Assembly (NCBI GenBank): GCA_040905465.1
Contig: JBBDRK010000076.1
Location: 25,967 to 72,793 of the forward strand
Source: Trueperaceae bacterium
GTDB lineage: Bacteria > Deinococcota > Deinococci > Deinococcales > Trueperaceae
Direction of reading: 5' to 3'
Length of the DNA: 46,827 nt
Both the position numbers and the translations under genes were made by a program. This document shows, in pieces, positions 21,614 through 33,424 of this stretch. Below the pieces are notes generated by a model, which saw only the letters and a program-made list of their open reading frames with translations, did not search any database and was not told the origin of the DNA. Numbering within the stretch: position 1 is the stretch's first letter; every line of letters begins with the position of its first letter.

Positions 21614-22348
21614 ATGCTCATTTACGGAAAGAACGCCGTGAGCGAGGCGCTGCAGCAGGGCCAGGCTCAGCGGGTGATGATAGCACTGGGAGTGCGCGAA
21701 TCGACTATTAGCGAGATCGAGAAACTCGCCCGGGGAGCGCGCGTACCGGTAGAGCGAGTTCCGCGCATCGAGCTCGATCAGGCGCTGCGGACCACGGCTC
21801 ATCAGGGGGTGGTCGCCGAACTCCCCGAGCTGAACTTCTCCGGCGAAGAGGAGCCGTTCGAGCTCGCCCGGCAGCGCGGCCAGCGGCTGCTGCTGGTTCT
21901 GCTCGACCATGTCCAGGACCCACGCAACTACGGCGCCATCATCCGCAGCGCCGAGGTGCTTGGCGCGCACGGCGTGATAACGGAGGAGCGCCGCAGCGCT
22001 CCCCTGTCGGCAGTGGTGGCCAAGACCGCTGCCGGGGCGACCGCCCACATCCCCCTGGTGCAGGTAAAGAACCTGGCCCGATATCTCGACGGCCTCAAGA
22101 GCAGGAACGTGTGGATCTACGGCGCCGACCTGGACGCGACTACCACGCCTGAGCGGGTGGATTGGGACCGGGATGCGGCGCTGGTCATCGGCTCGGAGGG
22201 GAGCGGCCTTCGCCGATTGATACGCCAAAAGTGCGACGAGACGGTTCGCATAGGAACGGTAGGCAAGCTGTCTTCGCTGAACGCCTCGGTGGCCGCCGGC
22301 ATCCTCCTCTACGCGGTCCAACGCGCCCGCAGCGAGGCGGGCGTTTAG
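21614..22348 (+). CDS. rlmB: SpoU-family 23S rRNA Gm2251 2'-O-methyltransferase
   Basis: IYGKNAV, HQGVVA, QDPRNYGAIIRSA, IGSEGSG, SLNASVA; leaderless TATACT-6nt-ATG. Confidence 0.9.
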   Translation: MLIYGKNAVSEALQQGQAQRVMIALGVRESTISEIEKLARGARVPVERVPRIELDQALRTTAHQGVVAELPELNFSGEEEPFELARQRGQRLLLVLLDHVQDPRNYGAIIRSAEVLGAHGVITEERRSAPLSAVVAKTAAGATAHIPLVQVKNLARYLDGLKSRNVWIYGADLDATTTPERVDWDRDAALVIGSEGSGLRRLIRQKCDETVRIGTVGKLSSLNASVAAGILLYAVQRARSEAGV

Positions 22349-24448
22349 GTGGCGGTCCGGGAAAGCTCGCCACGTTTGGCCCGTCGTCTGCACAGCTCGC
22401 ACCTTCTCGACCTGAAGTTCGTGTCAGACCCGCGCGTGGCTCCCGGCGGCCGAATCGTCGCGGCCGTCGTGACCGACATCGTACCGGGCAGCGAGAAGGA
22501 GCCTCCGCGTTACCGCTCGTCGGTGCACGTCTTCGATTCAGCAGGCGGCTCCCGGCGGGTGGCCGATCCGCCGTACAGCGACTCCCGCCCCCGTTTCTCG
22601 CCCGACGGCCGGTACCTGGCGTTCCTCAGGCGGGAGGATAAGGAGACACCGGCGCAGTTGGCGATAGTGGACCTGAGCCCGCTCGAGCCGGGGGCTATCG
22701 GCCGGTCACCGGCAATGGATCCGCCGCCGGAACCGTCCCTGGAACCGCCGCTGGAACCGAGGCAACTCAGCGACTCGCCCGGCGGAGTGGATGCGTTCGA
22801 ATGGCATCCCGACAGCCAGCGCCTGGCGTTCCTCGCAAGAGACGATGGTCCGGTCACCGGTACGCCGCCGTCGCGAACGATAGAGCGGCTCCGGCACAAG
22901 GTCGATGGCAAGGGGTATTTGCCGAAGGGGCCCAGGCGCGTGAGAGTAGTCGAGCTGACCGCATCGGAACCCGGCAGTGCGGTCTCGGGCGTGGCGGGGC
23001 CGAACGGGGCGCCCGGGTCCGTGCCGGCGGGCGAGTCGGGAACGCTCGTAACCGACAGAGATCTCAACTTCGAGGAGCTGGCCTGGGCGGGCGACGGGAG
23101 GTATCTGCTCCTCAGCGCGGCAGCCGACAACGCCGAGTGGGACGAGTACCGGCGGCGGCTCTGGCGGCTCGAGACCGAGACCGGGGAACTGGTCCCGCTG
23201 TTGGGCCCTGCACGTCTCTCCGGGCTCTCGCCCAGTCCGGACGGTCGCTCTGTCGCCTTCCTGGCGCCGGCGCACGACGACAACGTCGCCGGCCCAACAG
23301 CGGTGTGGCTGACCGACGTTGCCGGCGGCCGGCCCTGGCGGGCCAGCGCGGACGACGAACTCTCGCCGTCGTTGGGGGGAGACAGCAGGCTCGGCGACCA
23401 GCCGAACACGCCGCAATGGCTGGGTGACGGGGGCCTTCTGGTAAACCTGAACCGGAGGGGCAGCAGCAACCTGGCTGTCCTGGAGCCGGAGCAGGTCGGG
23501 TTACGGCCTCTCGCCGAAAACGCCGCGGCCGTAAGCTGCTTTCATCATGCCGACGGCGCCGTTGCGTTCGTGCGCGAAAGCTCGTCGGAACCAGGCGAGC
23601 TCTTCTTCGGACCGGTCGGCGGACCAGCGCGCGCCCTGACGACGCTCAATGGCGACCTCTCCGAACGCGTCCGCTTCCGGCCGGCAACCGGCCCCCACAC
23701 CCCCGCGGAGAGCGGTGACGCCGCTTACTGGCGAATCGATCCCGAGGTTCCGCGAGACGACCGCGCGATCGTCCTCCAGGTCCATGGTGGGCCCCACACC
23801 AACGTGGGCAACTGTTTCTACTTCGAGTTCCAGTTGTTGGCGGCCCACGGCTACACCGTGCTCTACGGCAACCCTCGCGGATCCTCGAGCTACGGGCATT
23901 CCTTCGCCACCTCGATCCTCGGCGCATACGGTTCGATCGACGCCGACGACGTGCTGGCCTTCGCCGATCATGCCCTTGCTCGGCACGAAGCCCCCGATGC
24001 GCCGGTTCATCTGACCGGCGGCTCCTATGGCGGCTTCATGACCAACTGGCTGGTGGCACACACCGACCGCTTCCGTTCGGCAGTGACCCAGCGGAGTATC
24101 TGCAACTTCGCCTCGTTCTACGGCACCTCGGACATCGGTTACGACTTCAGCGAACGGGAACTGGGCGGCAACCCGTGGGAGGACTTCGAAAGGCTATGGC
24201 TCCAGAGTCCCCTGAGGCTGGTTCACCGGGTCGCCACCCCGCTGCTCATCATTCACGCCGAGGGCGACCAGCGTTGCCCGGTCGAGCAGGCACAACAGCT
24301 CTTCGTCGGCCTCAGGCGCGCAGGCAACGTCGACACCAGGCTCCTGCTATTTCCCGAGGAGGGCCATGAGCTTTCCCGGTCGGGCCGGCCGGACCGCCGG
24401 GTGCTGCGGCTCGACGCCATAGTCGACTGGTTCCAGACCCACGCCTGA
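22349..24448 (+). CDS. S9 family (acylaminoacyl/prolyl oligopeptidase) serine peptidase with beta-propeller
   Basis: PD40-like FSPDGR repeats; VHGGPH, GGSYGG (Ser), DQRCP (Asp), EEGHELSRSG (His). Confidence 0.93.
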   Translation: MAVRESSPRLARRLHSSHLLDLKFVSDPRVAPGGRIVAAVVTDIVPGSEKEPPRYRSSVHVFDSAGGSRRVADPPYSDSRPRFSPDGRYLAFLRREDKETPAQLAIVDLSPLEPGAIGRSPAMDPPPEPSLEPPLEPRQLSDSPGGVDAFEWHPDSQRLAFLARDDGPVTGTPPSRTIERLRHKVDGKGYLPKGPRRVRVVELTASEPGSAVSGVAGPNGAPGSVPAGESGTLVTDRDLNFEELAWAGDGRYLLLSAAADNAEWDEYRRRLWRLETETGELVPLLGPARLSGLSPSPDGRSVAFLAPAHDDNVAGPTAVWLTDVAGGRPWRASADDELSPSLGGDSRLGDQPNTPQWLGDGGLLVNLNRRGSSNLAVLEPEQVGLRPLAENAAAVSCFHHADGAVAFVRESSSEPGELFFGPVGGPARALTTLNGDLSERVRFRPATGPHTPAESGDAAYWRIDPEVPRDDRAIVLQVHGGPHTNVGNCFYFEFQLLAAHGYTVLYGNPRGSSSYGHSFATSILGAYGSIDADDVLAFADHALARHEAPDAPVHLTGGSYGGFMTNWLVAHTDRFRSAVTQRSICNFASFYGTSDIGYDFSERELGGNPWEDFERLWLQSPLRLVHRVATPLLIIHAEGDQRCPVEQAQQLFVGLRRAGNVDTRLLLFPEEGHELSRSGRPDRRVLRLDAIVDWFQTHA

Positions 24449-24493
24449 GCAGCGAACTGCTGCGTCGACGCCGTCCGACGGTAGCGGCCGGAG

Positions 24494-24522
24494 TTGGAGC
24501 ACGGTGGGGCCTGTGCTAAACT
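24494..24522 (+). promoter_or_regulatory. sigma70-type promoter of rpsO
   Basis: TTGGAG (24494-24499), 17-nt spacer, TAAACT (24517-24522) with TG extension. Confidence 0.7.
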
Positions 24523-24607
24523 CCTACGTTGGAAGTCTTGGTCGGTACCGCATCTATCGAGGTCCGGCTCGGGCTTGCCCACGGGTAGTCACCCGGGAAG
24601 GATATTT

Positions 24608-24880
24608 ATGCCACTCAGCAAGGAAAAGAAGCTGGAGATAGTCGCCAAGTACGGCAAGGGAGCCGAGAACAACACCGGCTCGACAGAGGTGCAGATCGCG
24701 CTTCTCACCGCCCGAATCGAAGAGCTCAGCGGTCACCTCCAGGAGAACACCAAGGATCACCACGGGCGCCGCGGACTCCTAACGATGGTCGGGAAGCGCA
24801 AGCGGCTGCTGTCTTACCTCGAGAAGAACGACTACGAGGGTTACAAGGAATTGATCCAGAGCCTCGGACTGCGTCGCTAG
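24608..24880 (+). CDS. rpsO: 30S ribosomal protein S15
   Basis: [31 protein letters not shown]; start ATG 24608. Confidence 0.98.
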   Translation: MPLSKEKKLEIVAKYGKGAENNTGSTEVQIALLTARIEELSGHLQENTKDHHGRRGLLTMVGKRKRLLSYLEKNDYEGYKELIQSLGLRR

Positions 24881-24925
24881 GACGTGGTCGAGGCGGGTCC
24901 GCTATCCGAGATTCCCGCAGTAGGT

Positions 24926-24960
24926 GCGTGCGAGGCAGCCGTTGCCTCGCACGCGCTTCT
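24926..24960 (+). terminator. Hairpin after rpsO (terminator/attenuator)
   Basis: GCGTGCGAGGCA-GCCGT-TGCCTCGCACGC perfect 12-bp stem followed by GCTTCT. Confidence 0.7.
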
Positions 24961-25065
24961 ATAGACCATTTTGCGTCTTATTTTGCGTCGGCGGCGTATA
25001 TGCCGCTCCGTATTCGGTAACGCGTAGCAGCGCGTGACATCTAGTGGAAATATGAAGGAGAGAGA

Positions 25066-27288
<2,223 letters not shown>

Positions 27289-27528
27289 GGGCATTCCGTT
27301 CGACGACTCGGTCCCTGGCCGCATGGGTTCATCAGCCGCAACGACGACGCTGAGTCCACTGTCGGCCGGGCCGAACCGAACAAGTCGGTTCGATCGTCGA
27401 CGAACGGCAACAACTGATACTCTCCACGCCGTGCCGACCGGTCGGGCGCCGACGGATCGCTGTGTCCGCGATTCCCGCCCGCACCGCTCAGCAAGGTAGT
27501 GCTGGACCTATAGAACAAGAGGAGTTCA

Positions 27529-29184
27529 ATGGCAAGAAAAGATGAACGAACCCTGCGCATAATCCCGCTGGGCGGGATGGGCGAAATAGGCAAGAACATG
27601 TTCGCCTTCGAATACGACGATGAAATCCTGATGATCGACGGGGGCCTGGCCTTCCCCGACGCCGACATGCTCGGGGTGGACATCCTGGTTCCCAAGATCG
27701 ACTGGGTGGTAGAGAACGCCGCCAAGATCAAGGGCTGGGTGCTCACCCACGGGCACGAGGACCATATCGGCGGCCTCCCCTACATGCTCAAGCAGTTGCC
27801 GAAGATTCCGATGTACGGCGCCAAGCTCACACTCGGGCTGCTGCGCGGCAAGTTCGAGGAGTTCAAGCTGCGCGAGAGCGATGTCGACCTTCGCGAAGTG
27901 TCCACCGATGCCCGGGTGAAGGTGAGCAAGAACTTCACGGTCGACTACTTCCGGATGACGCACTCGATCCCTGACAACAGCGGGTTGATCATCCACACGC
28001 CCATCGGACGCATCGTCCACAGCGGCGACTTCAAGCTCGACTACAACCCGGCGGACGGCAAGACCAGCCACCTGCACAAGCTGGCGCAGGCGGGCGAGGA
28101 CGGGGTGCTGCTGCTGATCTCCGACTCGACGAACGCCGAACGGCCCGGCTATACCTCGTCGGAGCGCGATGTCAAGAACGCGGTCGACGAGATCATCTCG
28201 CGGGCACGGGGACGGGTCATCGTCACCACCTTCTCCTCGCACATACACCGCCTGCAGAACTTCATCCGTGTCGGCGAGGCGCACGACCGGCGGATCGTGA
28301 TGGAGGGGCGGTCGATGGTCAAGAACGTCACGATCGCCCAGGAGCTCGGTTACCTCGAACTCAAGCATCCGCTGATCGCGACCGACGACATCGGCGACCT
28401 GCAAGACGACAAGCTGCTCTTCCTCTGCACCGGCTCGCAAGGGCAACCGATGGCGGCGCTGTCACGGCTGGCTTCCGGCACTCACCGCAAGATCCAGCTG
28501 ACGGCCGGAGACACGGTGATCATGTCCTCGAACCCGATCCCCGGCAACGAGGAAGCGGTGGGGCGCGTCATCAACCAGCTCTACGAACGCGGTGTCAATG
28601 TCTTCTACCCGCCTACCTACAAGGTCCACGCATCCGGCCACGCCAGCCATGAGGAGCTGAAGCTGATCCTCGACCTGACCCGGCCGAAGTTCTTCATTCC
28701 GTGGCACGGTGAGATCCGTCATCAGGTGAACCACCGCAAGCTGGCCGCCGGCATGTCGAGCGCTCCGATCAAGAGCCTGATTCCGCAGAACGGCGACGTG
28801 ATCGAGCTGACCAAGGACGATCTTCAGGTGGTCGGCCAGGTCGAGTCCGGCGTGCTCTATATCGACAGCGTCGGCAAGAGCGCGGACCAGATCACCGAGC
28901 CGATTATCCGCGACAGGCAGATGCTCTCGAACGAGGGCGTCGTGGTTGTGATGGCCCTCGCCGGGCGGCAGCCGAGCGTCGAAGTGATAACACGGGGCGT
29001 TGCCCAGGACGGCTCCGTCAATCAGGAGATTCACCGAATCGCCCTGGAGAGTCTGAAACGCGGCATCCGCGAGAAGCGGCGGCTAAACGACATCCGCGAC
29101 GACATCTTCTATCCGATTCGGCGCTATCTGCGCAAGGCAACGGGGCGCAACCCGCTGATCGTGCCTACCGTTATCGAAGGGTAG
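27529..29184 (+). CDS. rnj: Ribonuclease J
   Basis: PLGGMGEIGKN, THGHEDHIG, THSIPD, TGSQGQP, HASGH. Confidence 0.97.
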   Translation: MARKDERTLRIIPLGGMGEIGKNMFAFEYDDEILMIDGGLAFPDADMLGVDILVPKIDWVVENAAKIKGWVLTHGHEDHIGGLPYMLKQLPKIPMYGAKLTLGLLRGKFEEFKLRESDVDLREVSTDARVKVSKNFTVDYFRMTHSIPDNSGLIIHTPIGRIVHSGDFKLDYNPADGKTSHLHKLAQAGEDGVLLLISDSTNAERPGYTSSERDVKNAVDEIISRARGRVIVTTFSSHIHRLQNFIRVGEAHDRRIVMEGRSMVKNVTIAQELGYLELKHPLIATDDIGDLQDDKLLFLCTGSQGQPMAALSRLASGTHRKIQLTAGDTVIMSSNPIPGNEEAVGRVINQLYERGVNVFYPPTYKVHASGHASHEELKLILDLTRPKFFIPWHGEIRHQVNHRKLAAGMSSAPIKSLIPQNGDVIELTKDDLQVVGQVESGVLYIDSVGKSADQITEPIIRDRQMLSNEGVVVVMALAGRQPSVEVITRGVAQDGSVNQEIHRIALESLKRGIREKRRLNDIRDDIFYPIRRYLRKATGRNPLIVPTVIEG

Positions 29185-29311
29185 TCGAGCAGCGCAATCT
29201 GGGGATCGAGGGCGGTCGAGCTGCGCCGTTCTTGGCGTCGAGCGGCCGGATGGACACTGGTTCGGCCGTTTGCCGCATGGAGTGCGCAAGCGCGGCCGTA
29301 CGACGAATCGT

Positions 29312-29971
29312 TCAGTTGTCTGCAGGCTGGGTCTGGCTACTCGCCAGCCAGGTCGACAGCGCTGCGAGCTGCTCGCTCACGCTTGCCCGCGCCTGCTCGA
29401 TGAGATCGTCCTCCACCAACAGGGCGTCGTTGATCCGGTACTGGCAGTCGTAGCCGGCCGCCGGAACGGGCGCTCCTTCGCGGTAGAGCGCAAGCGCCCG
29501 TGACAGGGGCAGTTCGTAGAGAATATAGACCTCGCGGCAGTCGAGGCTGTAGCGGTCCAGCGGCCAGTCGCAGATGAGTGCGAACACCTCCTGGAACTCG
29601 CGGTCCCGGGCTTCAGGGTAGCTCCGCTCGCTGCGCCAGCTACCGAGGTGGACCAACCGCTCCGGCTGGACCTCCAGCCCTATCTCCTCTTCCACCTCGC
29701 GAACCGCGTCGAATACGCTCTCCCCCGCCCGCAGGTGCCCGCCCACGGTGACGTCCACCTTGTTCGGCTCCAGGTCCTTGTGGAGCGAACGCCTCTGCAG
29801 GAGCAGAGTTCCGTTGTTCGTTCCACTGTGCGTTCCACTGTCGCGCACTATCCAGAGATGAAACACTCGGTGCCAGGCACCGGAACGGTGGACCTCCTCG
29901 CGCGTCCTGGTCTCGCCGGTAAGCGACCCGGACTCGTCCAGAACGTCGAGGAGTTCGTCATCGCTGCTCAT
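29312..29971 (-). CDS. NUDIX hydrolase (IDI/YfcD-like)
   Basis: VHRSGAWHRVFHLWI, LLQRRS, GGHLRAGES...REVEEEIG; leaderless TAGAAT-5nt-ATG 29971. Confidence 0.85.
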   Translation of the reverse strand: MSSDDELLDVLDESGSLTGETRTREEVHRSGAWHRVFHLWIVRDSGTHSGTNNGTLLLQRRSLHKDLEPNKVDVTVGGHLRAGESVFDAVREVEEEIGLEVQPERLVHLGSWRSERSYPEARDREFQEVFALICDWPLDRYSLDCREVYILYELPLSRALALYREGAPVPAAGYDCQYRINDALLVEDDLIEQARASVSEQLAALSTWLASSQTQPADN

Positions 29972-30064
29972 GGCACATTCTATCCGGGTAAGCCGCACGC
30001 CTCGAAGCGCCTACGAAAGCCACTGTGAGACACTTCCCGGCCGGTATCTGAGTAGACTCGTCGC

Positions 30065-30553
30065 ATGAGACCGTTCACAGCCGCCATCGCAATGTTGATC
30101 GCCGTTTTCGCGACTTGGCCGGGCACCACCGTACGGGCGCAGACGCCGTTCCCCGACATCGCCCCCTGCCATTGGGCTGCCGAAGCCGTGACCAGGATAG
30201 CCGGACAACCCCAGGTAAAGCCGGCGCAGGCCCGAAACAGCACCTATCTTGCCGAGAACGCGCTACATCAGGTTTTCGAGGGGCTTCGCTGCTACAGCCC
30301 TGAATGGAGCCGGTCCTTCCTGGCCGATGCACCAGCCGACTGGCCTACGGTCGTACCGAACGGACCTGTCGTGGTGCAGATAGACGGCGTCCGACTCGAT
30401 GGCGACCGAGGCGTGCTCTCGCTGAACCTACGGGCGACTCTCGCGGGCCGTGAAGTGAGCCGCAGCGGCGAGATCGAACTGACTTTCCAGAATGGAGCGT
30501 GGCTCGTGGCGTACGACAGCCTGGCAGCGCTGGACCTGCCGCTCTTCCCGTAG
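30065..30553 (+). CDS. Secreted hypothetical protein with a partial SLH-like motif
   Basis: Signal peptide ending VRA-Q, then FPDIAPCHWAAEAV resembling an S-layer homology repeat; leaderless TAGACT-6nt-ATG. Confidence 0.7.
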   Translation: MRPFTAAIAMLIAVFATWPGTTVRAQTPFPDIAPCHWAAEAVTRIAGQPQVKPAQARNSTYLAENALHQVFEGLRCYSPEWSRSFLADAPADWPTVVPNGPVVVQIDGVRLDGDRGVLSLNLRATLAGREVSRSGEIELTFQNGAWLVAYDSLAALDLPLFP

Positions 30554-30623
30554 CCGCTTGTCCACACTACCTGCGCGCAGCCGGTAACAAGCGTTTCTAC
30601 AGACTTACCGGCATCGTTTTGCA

Positions 30624-30652
30624 TTGACGCACCCGGTTCCAGCCGGTATCAT
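30624..30652 (+). promoter_or_regulatory. sigma70 promoter of tRNA-Pro
   Basis: TTGACG (30624-30629), 17 nt, TATCAT (30647-30652). Confidence 0.8.
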
Positions 30653-30728
30653 CCTCTTTGCGGCTCACGTTTTCAGCGTCGACTCAAGGCACGCGCTCGA
30701 TCGGCGCCGAGGTGGACCGCAACGACTT

Positions 30729-30807
<79 letters not shown>

Positions 30808-30836
30808 GGTAGTCCACGTCCAAGACGTGATAGACG

Positions 30837-30874
30837 AGAATCCCACGCCGAGTCGATCGGCGTGGGATTCTTAT
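30837..30874. terminator. Bidirectional terminator between tRNA-Pro and the convergent small ORF
   Basis: AGAATCCCACGCCGA-GTCGA-TCGGCGTGGGATTCT perfect 15-bp stem. Confidence 0.8.
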
Positions 30875-30925
30875 GACTGGCCCAGCCGGCGCCGAGCAAC
30901 CTCGCGAGCAGTTTGGGCAGTTCCT

Positions 30926-31153
30926 TCAACCATATTGGTGGGCCCTGTGATGCTGATGGCGCCGTACCTGAATGAGCAGGTCACTGTGCTCAGGGTGAAG
31001 AACACTCTCCAGGTCCAACCCCTCGGTTTGAGCTAGGAGCTCGAGATCGAGGCAGAGTTGGTCGCGCTCGGCCCCGGTTGCCGTAGCGAACCTCGCCGAC
31101 GCATGCCGGATGTACTGCGCCAACACCTGACTCACTGAGTTCAACTCTGCCAT
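30926..31153 (-). CDS. Small hypothetical protein (75 aa) with a His-rich C-terminus
   Basis: GGAGGAG RBS before ATG 31153; TATAAT at 31177-31182 (minus); terminator downstream. Confidence 0.7.
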   Translation of the reverse strand: MAELNSVSQVLAQYIRHASARFATATGAERDQLCLDLELLAQTEGLDLESVLHPEHSDLLIQVRRHQHHRAHQYG

Positions 31154-31301
31154 CGGACTCCTCCCGCGGATGTACAATTATACTGCACTCGGTGTCCGAC
31201 TCTGGTTCACAGTCAGAACCGTGGAGGGTGAGGGCGATCTGCTCGGCTCAGCGGGCATACGGTTACGAGTTGCGGAAAGTGCGAGTAGCGGTAGTGCCAG
31301 G

Positions 31302-31844
31302 CTATGCAGTGCTTACCATCAGGGCAACGGCTTTGTCGGGCGTTCCGTTTTTGAGTTCGGTCAGGCGGTGCTCGGGCAACGCATGGAGACTGTCTCCCTC
31401 TGTGAGCTCTGCCGTGCGGTCGGAAAACTTTGCTAGCAGCTTGCCCTTGACGACGAGCAGGAACACTTCGCCGGTTTCGACTGGAAAGAGGCCGCTTGCC
31501 CCACCGGCTTCGAGAGTTACCATCTTTGGTCGCATGCGACCGTGCACGCGACTCAAGACTTCGATGCTTCCTTTCGACCAACCGCTCTCCAGCCGGGCGC
31601 GCTGTTTTGCTCGAACAACCGGATCCGACTGATTTCGGGAGAAGAGATCGGCCATATCGATTCCCAGGGCCAAGGCGATCTTCTCAAGCGAAGCGATCGA
31701 AGGACTCGTCTCGTCGCGCTCTACCTGGGAGAGGAATGACGCGGAGAGGCCAGCCTTCCCAGCAAGGGTTCGCAGAGAAAGCCCGCACTTCCCCCTCGAC
31801 GAGAGCAGTCGCTGGCCAAGCGTCTTCGGTAAGATTTCTGCCAC
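31302..31844 (-). CDS. XRE-family HTH regulator with a cupin domain (PuuR-like)
   Basis: GLSLRTLAGKAGLSASFLSQVERDETSPSIASLEKIALAL HTH plus C-terminal cupin (GDSLH...EHRL.N); start GTG 31844 or TTG 31874. Confidence 0.88.
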   Translation of the reverse strand: MAEILPKTLGQRLLSSRGKCGLSLRTLAGKAGLSASFLSQVERDETSPSIASLEKIALALGIDMADLFSRNQSDPVVRAKQRARLESGWSKGSIEVLSRVHGRMRPKMVTLEAGGASGLFPVETGEVFLLVVKGKLLAKFSDRTAELTEGDSLHALPEHRLTELKNGTPDKAVALMVSTA

Positions 31845-31972
31845 TGCAAATACGGTCCCCTGGATGAAAGTCAATGATCTTTGAGGTTTGATGCAGCTTA
31901 ACCTATGCCTTTAATCGCCAACCGACCTCGGCTTACGGGCTCGATTCCTGCTAATGAGAATAGATGGCGAGG

Positions 31973-32287
31973 TCACTCCTTTCCAGCTACCGGAACCAGT
32001 TCTTGCTGCTCTTCGCGCATGACAGAGTTGATGTACTCGATCTTCAACCGCACGGCACGCATCGCAAGCGGATAGCTCAGTGAGGTTTGCGAATTCGGCC
32101 TTGTGTCTAGTCCCAGGAGGTAATTGACGGCTTCTTCTCGGAATACCGAGTTCAGCACTGGAATTTCCTCGGTCTCTACCATCGGAGTCACGGTCATGCC
32201 GCGCTCGGGGTCATCGACACGTAACCGTGATCGGTCGATAACGACCTCCGCCAGGCCATACGAGGTTTTTAGTACTCTCTTGAACAT
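31973..32287 (-). CDS. Hypothetical protein (104 aa)
   Basis: GGAGGA RBS before ATG; protein-like composition; no family recognised. Confidence 0.7.
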   Translation of the reverse strand: MFKRVLKTSYGLAEVVIDRSRLRVDDPERGMTVTPMVETEEIPVLNSVFREEAVNYLLGLDTRPNSQTSLSYPLAMRAVRLKIEYINSVMREEQQELVPVAGKE

Positions 32288-32594
32288 CTGTCCTCCGGAG
32301 GACGAGCGAAACTTCGAGGACCTTTCTCACGATGGTCCAGGGAAAGCCTGTCGCCGCAAAAATCGTGTGGGGCTCCGCCAGGGAGAACCGGATCGGGCTA
32401 TTGTCGATTGCCCACTAGTTGCCATCCTGAGTACGCGCGAGCAAAGTTCTCGCCGGCAACGAAACCGGAGGGCGTCTTTCGACACAATTGTACGGCTCCG
32501 CTACACAGTAAGTAAAGTGGAACTGGACACTTCCGAGTGGCACAGAAAGAGCTCAACTCCCTAACGCTACGAGGACAGCCGTCAGCGACAGGCC

Positions 32595-32638
32595 GAAAGG
32601 GAGGGCGGCCGATATCGAGATCGGCAGCTCTCCCCTTC
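32595..32638 (-). terminator. Hairpin downstream of the DinB gene
   Basis: GAAAGGGAGGGCGGCCGAT...ATCGGCAGCTCTCCCCTTC long imperfect stem 30 nt past the DinB stop. Confidence 0.55.
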
Positions 32639-32667
32639 GCGTTGAGTCCATACTGATGCTGGCCGCC

Positions 32668-33195
32668 TCAGGTCTCCTGCTTTTCGAGGGGCAGGTAAAA
32701 CAGGAGGTCGAACTGCGGAGGCGTGAGTCCCGCCTGGCGCAACAGCAGCGCGATTTGCGCGGTATGCCTTACCTCATGTTGCAGCACGTGCCAGAGGATG
32801 TCCTCGACAGCTAGCACCGCGTTGTCGTCGTCGTGAAGGGTGACGGAGCGCGCCAACTCTGACGGTTCGAGGCCGGACAGGTATGCCAGAGTGCGCGCTT
32901 CGACTGCGCGCCAAAAGTCGAGGATGTCCGCGAGCGGCATCGCCGCGTAATGTGGGCCGTCTTGCGCGTCGGCCACTGCGGGTACGGTTTCCCATACAGG
33001 ATCGTCCTGCAAGATATCTTCGTGCAGCCACGAGTCCTCGACGGCGACAACATGCACGAGCAGGTCGTTGATGCAGTGGAAGCGCGTACCGGGGATGCGC
33101 GGCTCGGCGAGTACCTCACTGGGCGCCTCTTCGAGCGCCAACCAGAGGTCACGGCGAGCTCGGGTCAGGTAATTGTAGAAGCTGGGTATGTCCAT
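32668..33195 (-). CDS. DinB/YfiT-family protein (putative metal-dependent thiol transferase)
   Basis: INDLLVHVVAVEDSW and ILWHVLQHEVRHTAQIALLLRQAG His triad; start ATG 33195. Confidence 0.9.
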   Translation of the reverse strand: MDIPSFYNYLTRARRDLWLALEEAPSEVLAEPRIPGTRFHCINDLLVHVVAVEDSWLHEDILQDDPVWETVPAVADAQDGPHYAAMPLADILDFWRAVEARTLAYLSGLEPSELARSVTLHDDDNAVLAVEDILWHVLQHEVRHTAQIALLLRQAGLTPPQFDLLFYLPLEKQET

Positions 33196-33424
33196 TGAAA
33201 TCCCTTTCCCCGCACGTGCCTTTAATCGAGGCCATCGAGACCCCGAACTCACCAAGGTGACCCGGAAAATTGGCTGACGTCGAGAGTCACTTCGTCTTCG
33301 GGACCATCCTAGTCGACGGAAGGATCGAGCGGCAGCAGGTTCATCCGAGCGTCGAGTGGGTTTGGGCAACAGCCGGACTGGGACAGAGCTACGAGGTACA
33401 CTTGACTCGTCCTCGGAGTCGTAT

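Noticed and set aside
24983..24999. Second RDRM-like 17-mer (TTGCGT-N5-GCGTAT) upstream of pnp
   Set aside because: Two mismatches and GC-rich, so not distinguishable from background by eye
30558..30566. Single DnaA-like box TTGTCCACA upstream of the tRNA-Pro promoter
   Set aside because: One mismatched 9-mer is within chance expectation
32440..32600. Fragments resembling c-di-GMP or c-di-AMP riboswitch motifs
   Set aside because: Conserved elements are incomplete or fall on opposite strands
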